64,000 nucleotides of DNA from Vulcanimicrobiales bacterium. GTDB taxonomy: Bacteria > Vulcanimicrobiota > Vulcanimicrobiia > Vulcanimicrobiales > Vulcanimicrobiaceae. The stretch covers positions 96,001 through 160,000 of the forward strand of contig JBBRLI010000004.1 of assembly GCA_038231455.1 (NCBI GenBank). Direction: 5' to 3'. Every line of letters starts with the position of its first letter. Position 1 is the stretch's first letter. The notes under the pieces were generated by a model. That model searched no databases, had not been told where the DNA came from, and saw only the letters and a list, made by a program, of their open reading frames with translations. The position numbers were made by a program, and so were the translations under genes. This document shows positions 29,122 to 38,281 of this stretch, piece by piece.

Positions 29122-30120
29122 ATGATACGTACCGGATTCTCAGGAACGATCGGCAACACGCCGCTCATCGAACTGCCGAACCTCTCGGCTGCGATCGGGC
29201 GGCGTTTGCTTGGAAAAGCGGAATTCCTCAACCCCGGCGGGTCGGTGAAAGATCGCGCCGCGCGCGGCATCATCGATGATGCCGAACGCAGCGGCAAACT
29301 TCTCCCCGGCGGCACGATCGTCGAAGGCACCGCGGGGAATACGGGAATCGCACTCGCGCTGCTCGGCAACGCGCGCGGCTACCGGACGATCATCTGCATT
29401 CCGGATGACCAGTCGGAAGAAAAGTATGCTTTACTGCGCGGCTTCGGTGCGGACGTGCGGGTGATCCCCGCCGCACCGTACACGAATGACGAGAACTACT
29501 ATCACGTCGCGCGGCGCACGGCCGAGTCGATTCCAGGCGCATTCTGGGCCGACCAATTTAATAACACCGCCAATCGCGACGCGCACGCGGCCACGACCGG
29601 ACCGGAAATCTGGGAACAAACCGGCGGCACGCTCGATGCATTCGTCGCCGCCGCCGGTACCGGTGGGACGCTAGCTGGGACTTCGCTGGCACTCAAGGCC
29701 CGCAATCCAAAGATTCGCACGATATTGAACGATCCGTACGGATCGTCGCTCTATTGTTATATGAAGAACGGCACGCTCGAAGTCGAGGGTGATTCGAATG
29801 CCGAAGGCATCGGGATCAAACGCATCGTTGCCAACTTCGAAGGCGCACCGATCGACGATGCCATTCGCACGGGCGACCGCGCGATGGTCGAGATGGCGTA
29901 CTGGCTCGTACGTGAAGAAGGCCTCTTCATCGGCGGCTCGGCGGCACTCAACGTTGCGGGTGCCGCGCGCTACGCGATGTCGCTGCCCGAGGGAAGCGTC
30001 GTTGCAACGATTCTGTGCGACGGCGGCGAACGTTACCGCTCGCGACTTTACAACCGCGCGTGGCTCGAAGAAAATGACTGCGTGCCGACCGCGACCGACC
30101 TCTCGTTCCTCACTGCATAA
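29122..30120 (+). CDS. cysK: Cysteine synthase (PLP-dependent)
   Basis: IGNTPL, KAEFLNPGGSVKDR, EGTAGNTG, GTGGT. Confidence 0.9.
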   Translation: MIRTGFSGTIGNTPLIELPNLSAAIGRRLLGKAEFLNPGGSVKDRAARGIIDDAERSGKLLPGGTIVEGTAGNTGIALALLGNARGYRTIICIPDDQSEEKYALLRGFGADVRVIPAAPYTNDENYYHVARRTAESIPGAFWADQFNNTANRDAHAATTGPEIWEQTGGTLDAFVAAAGTGGTLAGTSLALKARNPKIRTILNDPYGSSLYCYMKNGTLEVEGDSNAEGIGIKRIVANFEGAPIDDAIRTGDRAMVEMAYWLVREEGLFIGGSAALNVAGAARYAMSLPEGSVVATILCDGGERYRSRLYNRAWLEENDCVPTATDLSFLTA

Positions 30121-30134
30121 CTAAAGGATACATT

Positions 30135-30998
30135 ATGGATACGCTCAATCGCGGCGCGTTCGTCGCCGTCACCGCCGGCGCAACGGCAACGCTTGGAACC
30201 ATCGCATCGGCGCTTGCCGCAGGCGAAGGCTTCGGCCAACCGCACCCGCCGATCGTCGCCGAGAACGATCCCGCGATCGTCGCAACGATGGTGCAGCTCG
30301 ATCGGCCCGGCATCAAACTCAACGCCTACATGGCGCACCCGAAAACGATCACCGCAACGACACCCGGTATCGTCATGGTGCAGCATATTTGGGGCGTCGA
30401 CGCGCAGATTCGCGACACCGTTCGCCGCTACGCAAAAGAAGGCTACATCTGCATCGCTCCCGACCTGTTCCAACGCACGAATCCGCCGAGCGGCGATGGA
30501 CTGAGCGACTACACGGTGTTCCGCGCGAGTGCATCGGCGCTCACCGACGAACAGACGCACGGGGATCTTAAGGCCGGCTACGATGCGATTCGCAAACATG
30601 CATCCAAGTCGAAGATCGGCGTGACCGGCTTCTGCATGGGCGGCGGCATCGCGCTCAAACAAGTGATCGGCAATAGCGACTACGGTGCCGTCGCGGTTTT
30701 CTACGGCGATGTGCGCCCGGGTACCGCGGACCGCAAAGCGCCTTCGACCGATGAGACGTTCGACTATGCAAAAAAAATCACGACGCCGGTGGCCGGCAGC
30801 TGGGCGGGACTTGACACGGGGATTCTGCCCGTCGACGTGCTCGCGCTCGAAAAGCATTTGACCGTACCGCACGACATCAAAGTCTATGAAGGCGCAAACC
30901 ACGCGTTTTTCGATGACACCCGCAAAGCGTACAAGGCCGATGCCGCTGCCGATGCGTGGACACGAACCCTGGCGTGGTTTAAGAAGCACCTCGCCTAA
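30135..30998 (+). CDS. Dienelactone hydrolase family protein with Tat-like leader
   Basis: GVTGFCMGG nucleophile, YEGANHAF. Confidence 0.9.
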   Translation: MDTLNRGAFVAVTAGATATLGTIASALAAGEGFGQPHPPIVAENDPAIVATMVQLDRPGIKLNAYMAHPKTITATTPGIVMVQHIWGVDAQIRDTVRRYAKEGYICIAPDLFQRTNPPSGDGLSDYTVFRASASALTDEQTHGDLKAGYDAIRKHASKSKIGVTGFCMGGGIALKQVIGNSDYGAVAVFYGDVRPGTADRKAPSTDETFDYAKKITTPVAGSWAGLDTGILPVDVLALEKHLTVPHDIKVYEGANHAFFDDTRKAYKADAAADAWTRTLAWFKKHLA

Positions 30999-31067
30999 AG
31001 AGTGCGCGGTGTCGCTTGGAACGATTCCAAGCGGCACCGCCGCCCTGCTCGTTGAATCGACCGTTTG

Positions 31068-32162
31068 ATGGCGTATACGCTCGTACACTGTTCGGACGTT
31101 CACCTCGAAACCGTTTTTACCGAACTGCGCGGCGGCGCACGGCGGCGTGCGGCTCTTGCAGACGCGTTCGTGCGCATCGTCGACCTGGCGTGCGAACGCA
31201 AAGCGGACGCCCTCACGATCGGCGGCGACCTTTTTGAATCCGCTCGGGCAAGCGAACAGACGGCCCGGTTTCTTGCAGCACAGTTCGCCCGCTTCGACGG
31301 AGCGATCTTCATTGCGCCGGGCAACCACGATCCGCACGGTGAGAGCGCACTGCTCTCGCGCAGCGATTTGCCCGCCAACGTCCGCATCTTTCGCGAGGCG
31401 GCTTGGAGCGCGTTTCCGCTTGCAGACAATCTAACGCTCTATGGCTACGGCCACACGCCCGCCGAGCCCGGCCGTCCGTTTGCCGGCGCACGCTTCGAGC
31501 GGCCGGGCGTACGCATCGCGCTCGTTCATGGCAGCGATGAAGAACGGTGTCCGCCGAATAAGCGCGCGACCGCGCCGTTTACGGCGATGGAAATCGCGGC
31601 TTCGGGCGCGACGCTGCTGTTGACCGGACACTATCACGGCGGCTACATCGCCGAACACGACGGTCGGCCGCTCATCGCGTATCCCGGCTCGCCCGAACCG
31701 ATCAAATTCGGCGAACGCGGCACGCACGGCGCGCTCGTCGTCACGATCGAGGACGTGTCCGTTGCAATCGAAAGCGTCGAAATTGCGCGCACGCGACTGA
31801 TCGACCTCGACATCACGGTGGACGGTGCGTCGAGCGAACACGCGATCGCGGAGTTAGTCGAAGCGGCACTCGTCCCGTACGGAAACGACGACTACTTGCG
31901 TGCCCGCCTGACCGGCACGATTCCCAGTGGTACGCGCATCGATCGCGCGTTTCTCGAAGAGCGCTCGAACGCACGTCTAGGCGCACTCGAACTCATCGAT
32001 GCAACGGTGAGTGCGGACTACGACGCCCTCGCGCGCGAGCCGAACGTCCGCGGTCACGTCGTGAACGATTTGCTCGCGCGGGCGCACGACGGAGACGCCG
32101 ATGCGGATGCGGCGCTGCGCTACGTCGTCGCGGCGTTTGCGGGCGGCGAGATCGCACCGTGA
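31068..32162 (+). CDS. Metallophosphoesterase DNA repair nuclease (YhaO/SbcD/Mre11-like)
   Basis: SDVHL, GGDLF, PGNHD, VHG, GHYH, YPGSPE. Confidence 0.9.
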   Translation: MAYTLVHCSDVHLETVFTELRGGARRRAALADAFVRIVDLACERKADALTIGGDLFESARASEQTARFLAAQFARFDGAIFIAPGNHDPHGESALLSRSDLPANVRIFREAAWSAFPLADNLTLYGYGHTPAEPGRPFAGARFERPGVRIALVHGSDEERCPPNKRATAPFTAMEIAASGATLLLTGHYHGGYIAEHDGRPLIAYPGSPEPIKFGERGTHGALVVTIEDVSVAIESVEIARTRLIDLDITVDGASSEHAIAELVEAALVPYGNDDYLRARLTGTIPSGTRIDRAFLEERSNARLGALELIDATVSADYDALAREPNVRGHVVNDLLARAHDGDADADAALRYVVAAFAGGEIAP

Positions 32163-34615
32163 AACTTACGCAACTCCACGTCGACGGCTTCGGCGGGTTG
32201 GTCGATCGCACGATCGACTTTGCGCCCGGCCTCACGATCGTGTACGGCGAGAACGAAGCGGGGAAATCGACGCTCGCACGCGCGATCGTTGCATCGCTCT
32301 ACGGCGTTGGCCGCAAAGAAGACCGCGACGCGTGGCGTCCCTGGAGCGGCGCACGCTACGCATCGATTCTGCGCTACGAGTTGGCAAGCGGCGAGGCGAT
32401 CGAAGTGCAGCGCGAGTACGATCGCGATCCCAAAGGCGTCCGCGTGTACGACCGCAGCGGCAACGATATCAGCGCGCAGGTGTCGATCGGGAAGACCGTC
32501 GCACCGGGCGAGGCAGCACTGCGCATTCCACTCGAAGTGTTTATTAACGCCGCCTGCGTGCAACAGCAACACGTCGCAATTGACGGCACGCGTGCGAAAA
32601 GCATTACGACCGCGCTCGCGCATGCGCTCGACGGCGGACCCAAAGACGATGCGGCGCTCGGGGCCTTGGGGCGACTCGACATCGCACTCAAAACCCATGT
32701 TGGCACGGAACGGGCAACCAAAAACAATCCGTTACGCGCCGCGACCGAACGCGCCGCGGACCTCGGGCGCCGCGCACAAGAAGCGCGGATACGCGTCGAA
32801 GCGCTCGCTGAGCTGCGCGCGCGACACGAAGGCGCACTGGTCGAACACGCGCGCATCGCCCAGTCGCGCGCCGAATTCGACCGCCGCGCCGCCGCGTATC
32901 GCGCGCGCGCGATACGAACGCGGTTAGACAATCTCGCCCGAATCCGCGACGAGCTCGCTGCCGTCAACGAAGAGCGCGCACGCTTCGAGGACGTCGCGCG
33001 CTTCGATGCTCCCCGCGTCGGCGAACTCGACGCGGCGTTTTACGCCGTCGGGAGTGCAGCCGAACTCCTCGCGCATGCGGAATCCGAAGATCGCGAACGG
33101 CGCATGCGCTCCGAAGAACATCACGAACTTAGCGCCCGGCGGGCCGATGTGGGAACGATCGACGACGTTGCCTTTGAGTCGCTCGTTTCGGCCGCAGCCG
33201 AAGCCGATGGCGCGCGCGCGCGCAGCGCTGCCGCACAAACCAATGCCGCAAACGCACGACGCGACTCGGGAAGCGGTGCGACCGTCCTCGGTGCCGGCGT
33301 TGCTGCCGGACTCGCGGCGCTTGCCGTTGCGGTCGGCTTCGCCATCGCGCACGACTGGATCGTCGCCGGGATCGCGGCGATCGTCGCCGGGGCGATTCTC
33401 CTCGTCGTCGGATTGCGCGCGAACGGGCGCGCGCAGCGCGGGCGCGATGCGGCGCGCCTCCAGCAGACCGCTGATGCCGCCCTTGCCGCCGAACAAGCGG
33501 CTGCATCCGCCGTCGCAGCGGTGCTCGAACCACTCGGACTTGCCTCGATCGACGATCTCACGCGACGACGCGACCGCTTACGAGAGCTCGAAGCGCTCGC
33601 GCGGTCGGAAGGACGCGCAAGCGAGCAGTTCGCCTCGATGCGCACGCGACACGCAGACGCAGCGCGCGCCTTCGACACGCTTGCCGGGACACTCTTGCCC
33701 GATGCCGGCGGCACGCGCGAACAGATTCGCGATGAGGCGAAACGGCGCGCATCGCGGCGCTACGAACGCGACGGGCTCGACGCCGCGCGCGGGATGATCG
33801 AACTCCGTCGCGGCGAGGTGCTCGGCGGCGAAGATGAATTCGCGCTCGAACGGGAGCTCGCGGAGCTGGCCGCCGAGGGCGTCGAAGCGGCACCGGAAGA
33901 ACCGGACTTCTCGCAGCGGCTCTTCGATCATGAGCGCGCAGAAATCGAGTCGCGATTCCGTGCGGCGGAGATCACCTTGGCGACGCTCGTCGCTGACCGC
34001 CGGAATGCCGAAGAACACGCAACCGATCTCGCAACGCTCGATGAAGCCTGCGCACTCGCGCGCTCCGACATAACGAAGCTCGAGACGTTCGCGCGCGCGA
34101 TCGCGCTCGCACGCACGACGCTCGAGACACGCACGCGCGAGGCGCACGAAAAATTTGCGCGGCGGCTCGAAGATTATGCCGCCGAACAATTTACGACGAT
34201 CACCGGCGGTCGCTACACGGATCTCTTCGTCGATCCGACAACCCTCGAGGTGCGGGTGCGCGTTCCCGAAACGCGGGCGATCGTCGAGCTCGAAGCGCTC
34301 TCCGCCGGGACGCGCGAGCAAGCGTACCTCGTCGTGCGCTTCGCCATGGCGCGCATGTTTAGCGAGGGTCTCGAGACACCGCCGCTCTTACTCGACGATC
34401 CGTTCGCATTTTGGGATACGGCACGCATCGAACGTTGCTTGCCGATTCTCATCGGCGGAGCGCAGACGATGCAGGCGATCGTCTTTACCGCAAGCGCGCA
34501 GCTGGCCGAGGCCGCTCGCGCCGCAGGCGCGGCGGTCGAAACCTTAGACCGGGACGCCGTCGGGGATTTTGTCGACGCGCTCGATCGCGATGAGAATCTG
34601 CTCTTTCCCCGCTAG
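32159..34615 (+). CDS. YhaN/SbcC/Rad50-like coiled-coil ATPase with two central TM segments
   Basis: GENEAGKST Walker A, LSAG signature, LLLDDP Walker B; GTGA-coupled to the nuclease. Confidence 0.9.
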   Translation: MKLTQLHVDGFGGLVDRTIDFAPGLTIVYGENEAGKSTLARAIVASLYGVGRKEDRDAWRPWSGARYASILRYELASGEAIEVQREYDRDPKGVRVYDRSGNDISAQVSIGKTVAPGEAALRIPLEVFINAACVQQQHVAIDGTRAKSITTALAHALDGGPKDDAALGALGRLDIALKTHVGTERATKNNPLRAATERAADLGRRAQEARIRVEALAELRARHEGALVEHARIAQSRAEFDRRAAAYRARAIRTRLDNLARIRDELAAVNEERARFEDVARFDAPRVGELDAAFYAVGSAAELLAHAESEDRERRMRSEEHHELSARRADVGTIDDVAFESLVSAAAEADGARARSAAAQTNAANARRDSGSGATVLGAGVAAGLAALAVAVGFAIAHDWIVAGIAAIVAGAILLVVGLRANGRAQRGRDAARLQQTADAALAAEQAAASAVAAVLEPLGLASIDDLTRRRDRLRELEALARSEGRASEQFASMRTRHADAARAFDTLAGTLLPDAGGTREQIRDEAKRRASRRYERDGLDAARGMIELRRGEVLGGEDEFALERELAELAAEGVEAAPEEPDFSQRLFDHERAEIESRFRAAEITLATLVADRRNAEEHATDLATLDEACALARSDITKLETFARAIALARTTLETRTREAHEKFARRLEDYAAEQFTTITGGRYTDLFVDPTTLEVRVRVPETRAIVELEALSAGTREQAYLVVRFAMARMFSEGLETPPLLLDDPFAFWDTARIERCLPILIGGAQTMQAIVFTASAQLAEAARAAGAAVETLDRDAVGDFVDALDRDENLLFPR

Positions 34616-34936
34616 TTTGAGAAACGTGATCGTCACGTCGACCGAACCGTGTGCGAAGGGAAAGAAGTAGTCGAACGATTCGCTGACGCGGTCTTTTGAC
34701 TTGATGAACTCGTACATCCGGCCTTCGAATGCTTTGACCGCGGTACACGGCGCGATATCGTGGAAGAAGTTGCGCCCGATGACGGCTTGGGCATCTTTGT
34801 GCGCCATGCGTGCTTCGTATTGATTATACGCAACGATGTTGCCGACATAATCGACGACGACCGCGCCGAACGGCAACTCGTCGAGTCCGTCAAACGAGAT
34901 ATCGACGATGCGCCAGAGGCGTTCGCTATCGGGCAC
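34544..34936 (-). CDS. pyp: Photoactive yellow protein (PYP) homologue
   Basis: LDELPFGAVVVD..GNIVAYNQYE...VIGRNFFHDIAPCT aligns with PYP; Y42, E46 and C69 equivalents conserved. Confidence 0.85.
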   Translation of the reverse strand: MPDSERLWRIVDISFDGLDELPFGAVVVDYVGNIVAYNQYEARMAHKDAQAVIGRNFFHDIAPCTAVKAFEGRMYEFIKSKDRVSESFDYFFPFAHGSVDVTITFLKLAGKEQILIAIERVDKIPDGVPV

Positions 34937-34938
34937 TG

Positions 34939-35481
34939 CTACTTACGCTCCAGCTTGCGCACGGCAGCGAGCGTATTCTCAACGTGTTTGTCGGGGTCCA
35001 GATCCGAGTACACGTAGGCGATTTTGCCGTCTTGCGCGATTACATACGACGTCCGGTTGGCAAACGTATTGGCAACGATCGAATCGTACGAATGCGCGAC
35101 GATCAGCTTCTCGTCGGCTGCGACCGGAAACTTCGAGCCGCATTCGCTCACCGAGAATTTGTTGAGCGTTGCGATGTCGTCACCCGAGACGCCGATGACC
35201 GTTGCGTTCATCTTCTTATACTCGTTCATGCTCGAGGCAAAGTCGTGCGCTTCTTTGGTGCAGCCCGACGTGAACGCCTTGGGATAGAAGTACACCACGA
35301 CCGGCCCTTTTTTAAGCGCGGTTGCAAGGTCGAACGTGAACGGCTTGCCGCCCAGAGTCGCCGGCAAAATAAACGTCGGCGCGGATTCGCCGACTTTCAT
35401 GCTTGCCGAGGCAACGGCGGTGGTGAACGCGACAGCACCCGCAAGGGCGAGCCAACCGGTAAGGACCGAACGTCGTTTCAA
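34939..35481 (-). CDS. Peroxiredoxin (BCP/PrxQ type) with signal peptide
   Basis: YFYPKAFTSGCTKEA, VIGVSGD, RTSYVI. Confidence 0.9.
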   Translation of the reverse strand: MKRRSVLTGWLALAGAVAFTTAVASASMKVGESAPTFILPATLGGKPFTFDLATALKKGPVVVYFYPKAFTSGCTKEAHDFASSMNEYKKMNATVIGVSGDDIATLNKFSVSECGSKFPVAADEKLIVAHSYDSIVANTFANRTSYVIAQDGKIAYVYSDLDPDKHVENTLAAVRKLERK

Positions 35482-35483
35482 AG

Positions 35484-36632
35484 CTACAACCCCATCATGC
35501 GAGCGATTACAAGGCGTTGGACTTCGTTTGTCCCCTCGCCGATCTCATTAATTTTCTGATCGCGGTACATCCGCGACACCGGATATTCATCCATGAAGCC
35601 GTAGCCGCCGTGGATTTGGACGGCCTCGTTGACGACCCGGCGCGAGACTTCACCCGAGTAGAGCTTAGCAAGCGAGGCCGTCATCCCAAAGTCGCGATCG
35701 TTGTCTTTCTCCCACGCGGCCTTGAGGATCATCGTCTTTGCGTGCTCGATCTCCATCTTCATGTCGGCGAGCTTGAACTGAATCGCCTGGAACTTGGAGA
35801 TCGGCTGCCCGAACTGGTGGCGCTCTTGCGCGTATTTAAACGCCTCATCGAACGCCCCCATCGCAAGGCCTACCGAGAGCGCCGCGACCGAGATGCGACC
35901 GCCGTCGAGGATTTTTAGGAATTGCTTGAGCCCTTGGCCGCGCTCGCCCAAGAGCATTTCCTCGGGGACCGTGGCATCGTTGAACGAGAGCTCGCGGGTA
36001 TCCGACGCCTTCCAGCCCATCTTGTTGTATTTCTTGGAGCGGGTGAAGCCGGGCGTCTCCTGGGGGACGATGATGTTCGAGATCTCGCTGCGGCCTTTGG
36101 CCGTGGTCCCGGTGACGGCGGTAATCGTGGTGCCGCCGGTCACATCGGTGCCGGAGTTGGTAATGAAGGCCTTGGTGCCGTTGATGACCCACTGGCCGCC
36201 TTTGAGCTCAGCTTTCGTGGCCGTGCCGCCCGCATCGCTGCCGGCGCCGGGCTCCGTGAGACCGAAACCCCAGAGCTTCTCTCCTTTGGCAAGCGGGACG
36301 AGGTACTTCTGTTTTTGCGCTTCGGTGCCGAAGTAATAGAACGGCGTCGCGCCAAGCGAGACGTTTGCGGCAAGCGTGATCCCAACCGAGGCGTCGGCCC
36401 GGGAAATCTCCATCACCGCAAGCGCATAACTCACGGTATCGGCACCCGCTCCACCGTACTCTTCGGGGAACGGTAAACCAAAGAGTCCGAGTCCCGCCAT
36501 TTTCTTGACCAGATCGTAGGGGAACTCGGCATGCCGATCGAGATGTTCGGCTTGCGGCGCGACTTCGTTTTGCGCGAAGTCTCGGCAGAGGTCTTGAATT
36601 GCTTTTTGTTCGTCGGAGAGATCGAAATTCAT
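35484..36632 (-). CDS. Acyl-CoA dehydrogenase
   Basis: FGLTEPGAGSD, NGTKAFITN, QFGQPISKFQAIQFKLADM, QIHGGYG, IGEGTNE. Confidence 0.95.
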   Translation of the reverse strand: MNFDLSDEQKAIQDLCRDFAQNEVAPQAEHLDRHAEFPYDLVKKMAGLGLFGLPFPEEYGGAGADTVSYALAVMEISRADASVGITLAANVSLGATPFYYFGTEAQKQKYLVPLAKGEKLWGFGLTEPGAGSDAGGTATKAELKGGQWVINGTKAFITNSGTDVTGGTTITAVTGTTAKGRSEISNIIVPQETPGFTRSKKYNKMGWKASDTRELSFNDATVPEEMLLGERGQGLKQFLKILDGGRISVAALSVGLAMGAFDEAFKYAQERHQFGQPISKFQAIQFKLADMKMEIEHAKTMILKAAWEKDNDRDFGMTASLAKLYSGEVSRRVVNEAVQIHGGYGFMDEYPVSRMYRDQKINEIGEGTNEVQRLVIARMMGL

Positions 36633-36732
36633 CAAAGGTATCCCTAAGTGGCGACCGGAAAAATCCCTCTAATAATCCCACGGCACAAGCCGTGTGGATG
36701 CATCCTCCGCCGGATGCATCTGTGAGGACCAT

Positions 36733-37443
36733 GTGATCGCACTTCGCGGCGTTTCGCTCACGTATCCCAACGGCGTCCGGGCACTCGAAGATGTCGACTT
36801 AGAAGTTGCGAAGGGAGCCTTCGTCTTTCTAGTCGGCCACTCCGGTACGGGCAAGTCGTCGCTCCTGAAACTGCTCTACAAAGAAATCGTTCCGACGCGC
36901 GGTCAGGTGCACGTCGACAACATTCGCGTGGACACGCTCAAGCGGCGCAAGATTCCGTATCTCCGTCGGAACGTGGGCGTCGTCTTTCAAGACTTCAAGC
37001 TGCTCTCACACAAAACGGTGTGGGAGAACGTTGCCTTCGCCCTCCAGGTCACAGGTGCAGCGACCAAAGACGTCATGCGTCAGGTGCCGCGTGCGCTCGA
37101 CCTCGTCGGCCTCTCGCACAAAGCGCGGATGTTCCCGGGTGAACTCTCGGGCGGGGAGCAGCAACGTGCCGCGATCGCCCGGGCGCTGGTGAACAATCCC
37201 AAGATCTTGCTCTGTGATGAACCGACCGGCAACCTCGATCCGGTCAACACCACCGAGATCATGGAACTGCTGATGCGCATCAACCTCAAAGGAACGACGG
37301 TGCTCGTCGCCACTCATAACCAAGCGGTCGTCGACCGCATGCGCCGTCGCGTCGTGCGTCTGGAAGACGGGCGCATTCTCAGCGATGAAGAGCGAGGATT
37401 TTACGTACGTGGACTGGGGCAAAGTCAAGTTCTTTCTGGGTGA
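36733..37443 (+). CDS. ftsE: Cell division ATP-binding protein FtsE
   Basis: GHSGTGKS, IPYLRRNVGVVFQDFKLL, LSGGEQQR; GAGGA SD before GTG. Confidence 0.95.
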   Translation: MIALRGVSLTYPNGVRALEDVDLEVAKGAFVFLVGHSGTGKSSLLKLLYKEIVPTRGQVHVDNIRVDTLKRRKIPYLRRNVGVVFQDFKLLSHKTVWENVAFALQVTGAATKDVMRQVPRALDLVGLSHKARMFPGELSGGEQQRAAIARALVNNPKILLCDEPTGNLDPVNTTEIMELLMRINLKGTTVLVATHNQAVVDRMRRRVVRLEDGRILSDEERGFYVRGLGQSQVLSG

Positions 37444-38281
37444 GGTTTTTGCGAACTTCAGCCGCAACGCCGGGATGCAGCTTACGGCGATTGGAACCGT
37501 CTGCGTCACGATCGTGATGCTCGGCGCGTTTCTCTACACGCGCGAGACGGTTGCCTCGCTCGGCAACGGCATCCTCAACAAAATCGAGATCGCCGTCTAT
37601 CTCGATGATTCAGTCAGCGATACGGACGCCAAAAAACTCGGCGATCAATTCGCGAGCGACCCGCGCGTGTCGTCCGCGCAGTACGTCCCCAAGAAAGAAG
37701 GCTTGCGCCGGATGCACGACGTGCTCGGTCGTGACTTCGATCTCTCGCTGCTCACGGCGAACCCGTTCCCCAACGCCTATCACGTGCGGGTCAAGAACCC
37801 CGATCTCGTGCCGCAAGTCGCCGCACACATCGCAAAGATTCACGGCGTCGCGAAAGCCGACTACGCGGCCGACACCGTCACGAAGCTACTCAAAGTGAGC
37901 GATACGCTCGGACGCGTCGGACTCGTCATGATCGGGCTGCTCGTGCTCACGGCCGCGATCATCATCGCCAATACGATTCGCCTGACGGTCTTCGCGCGCC
38001 GGCGCGAGATTGCAATCATGCAGCTCGTCGGCGCCACCAACGGCTACATTCGCGGCCCGTTCATCATGGAGGGCATGGTCGCGGGACTCACCGGTGCGCT
38101 CGCCGCGATCGGCGTGCTTTTCCTCGCACGCTGGCAAGTGCTGCCGAAACTGACTTCAGCCCTAGCATTCGTACCCTTTCACGCAAACGAACCGCTCATC
38201 GCAGGCGAACTGCTCGGGGTCGGCGCGGCGGTCGGCTTCATCGCTGCGTGGATCTCTGTCGGACGCTACCTTCGCACGTGA
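37409..38281 (+). CDS. ftsX: Cell division permease FtsX
   Basis: IANTIRLTVFARRREIAIMQLVGATNGYIRGPF; four TM segments. Confidence 0.95.
   Translation: MDWGKVKFFLGEVFANFSRNAGMQLTAIGTVCVTIVMLGAFLYTRETVASLGNGILNKIEIAVYLDDSVSDTDAKKLGDQFASDPRVSSAQYVPKKEGLRRMHDVLGRDFDLSLLTANPFPNAYHVRVKNPDLVPQVAAHIAKIHGVAKADYAADTVTKLLKVSDTLGRVGLVMIGLLVLTAAIIIANTIRLTVFARRREIAIMQLVGATNGYIRGPFIMEGMVAGLTGALAAIGVLFLARWQVLPKLTSALAFVPFHANEPLIAGELLGVGAAVGFIAAWISVGRYLRT

Noticed and set aside
30135-30230. Tat signal on the dienelactone hydrolase
   Set aside because: It reads NRGAF rather than twin-Arg, so Tat export is not supported firmly enough to report as a finding.
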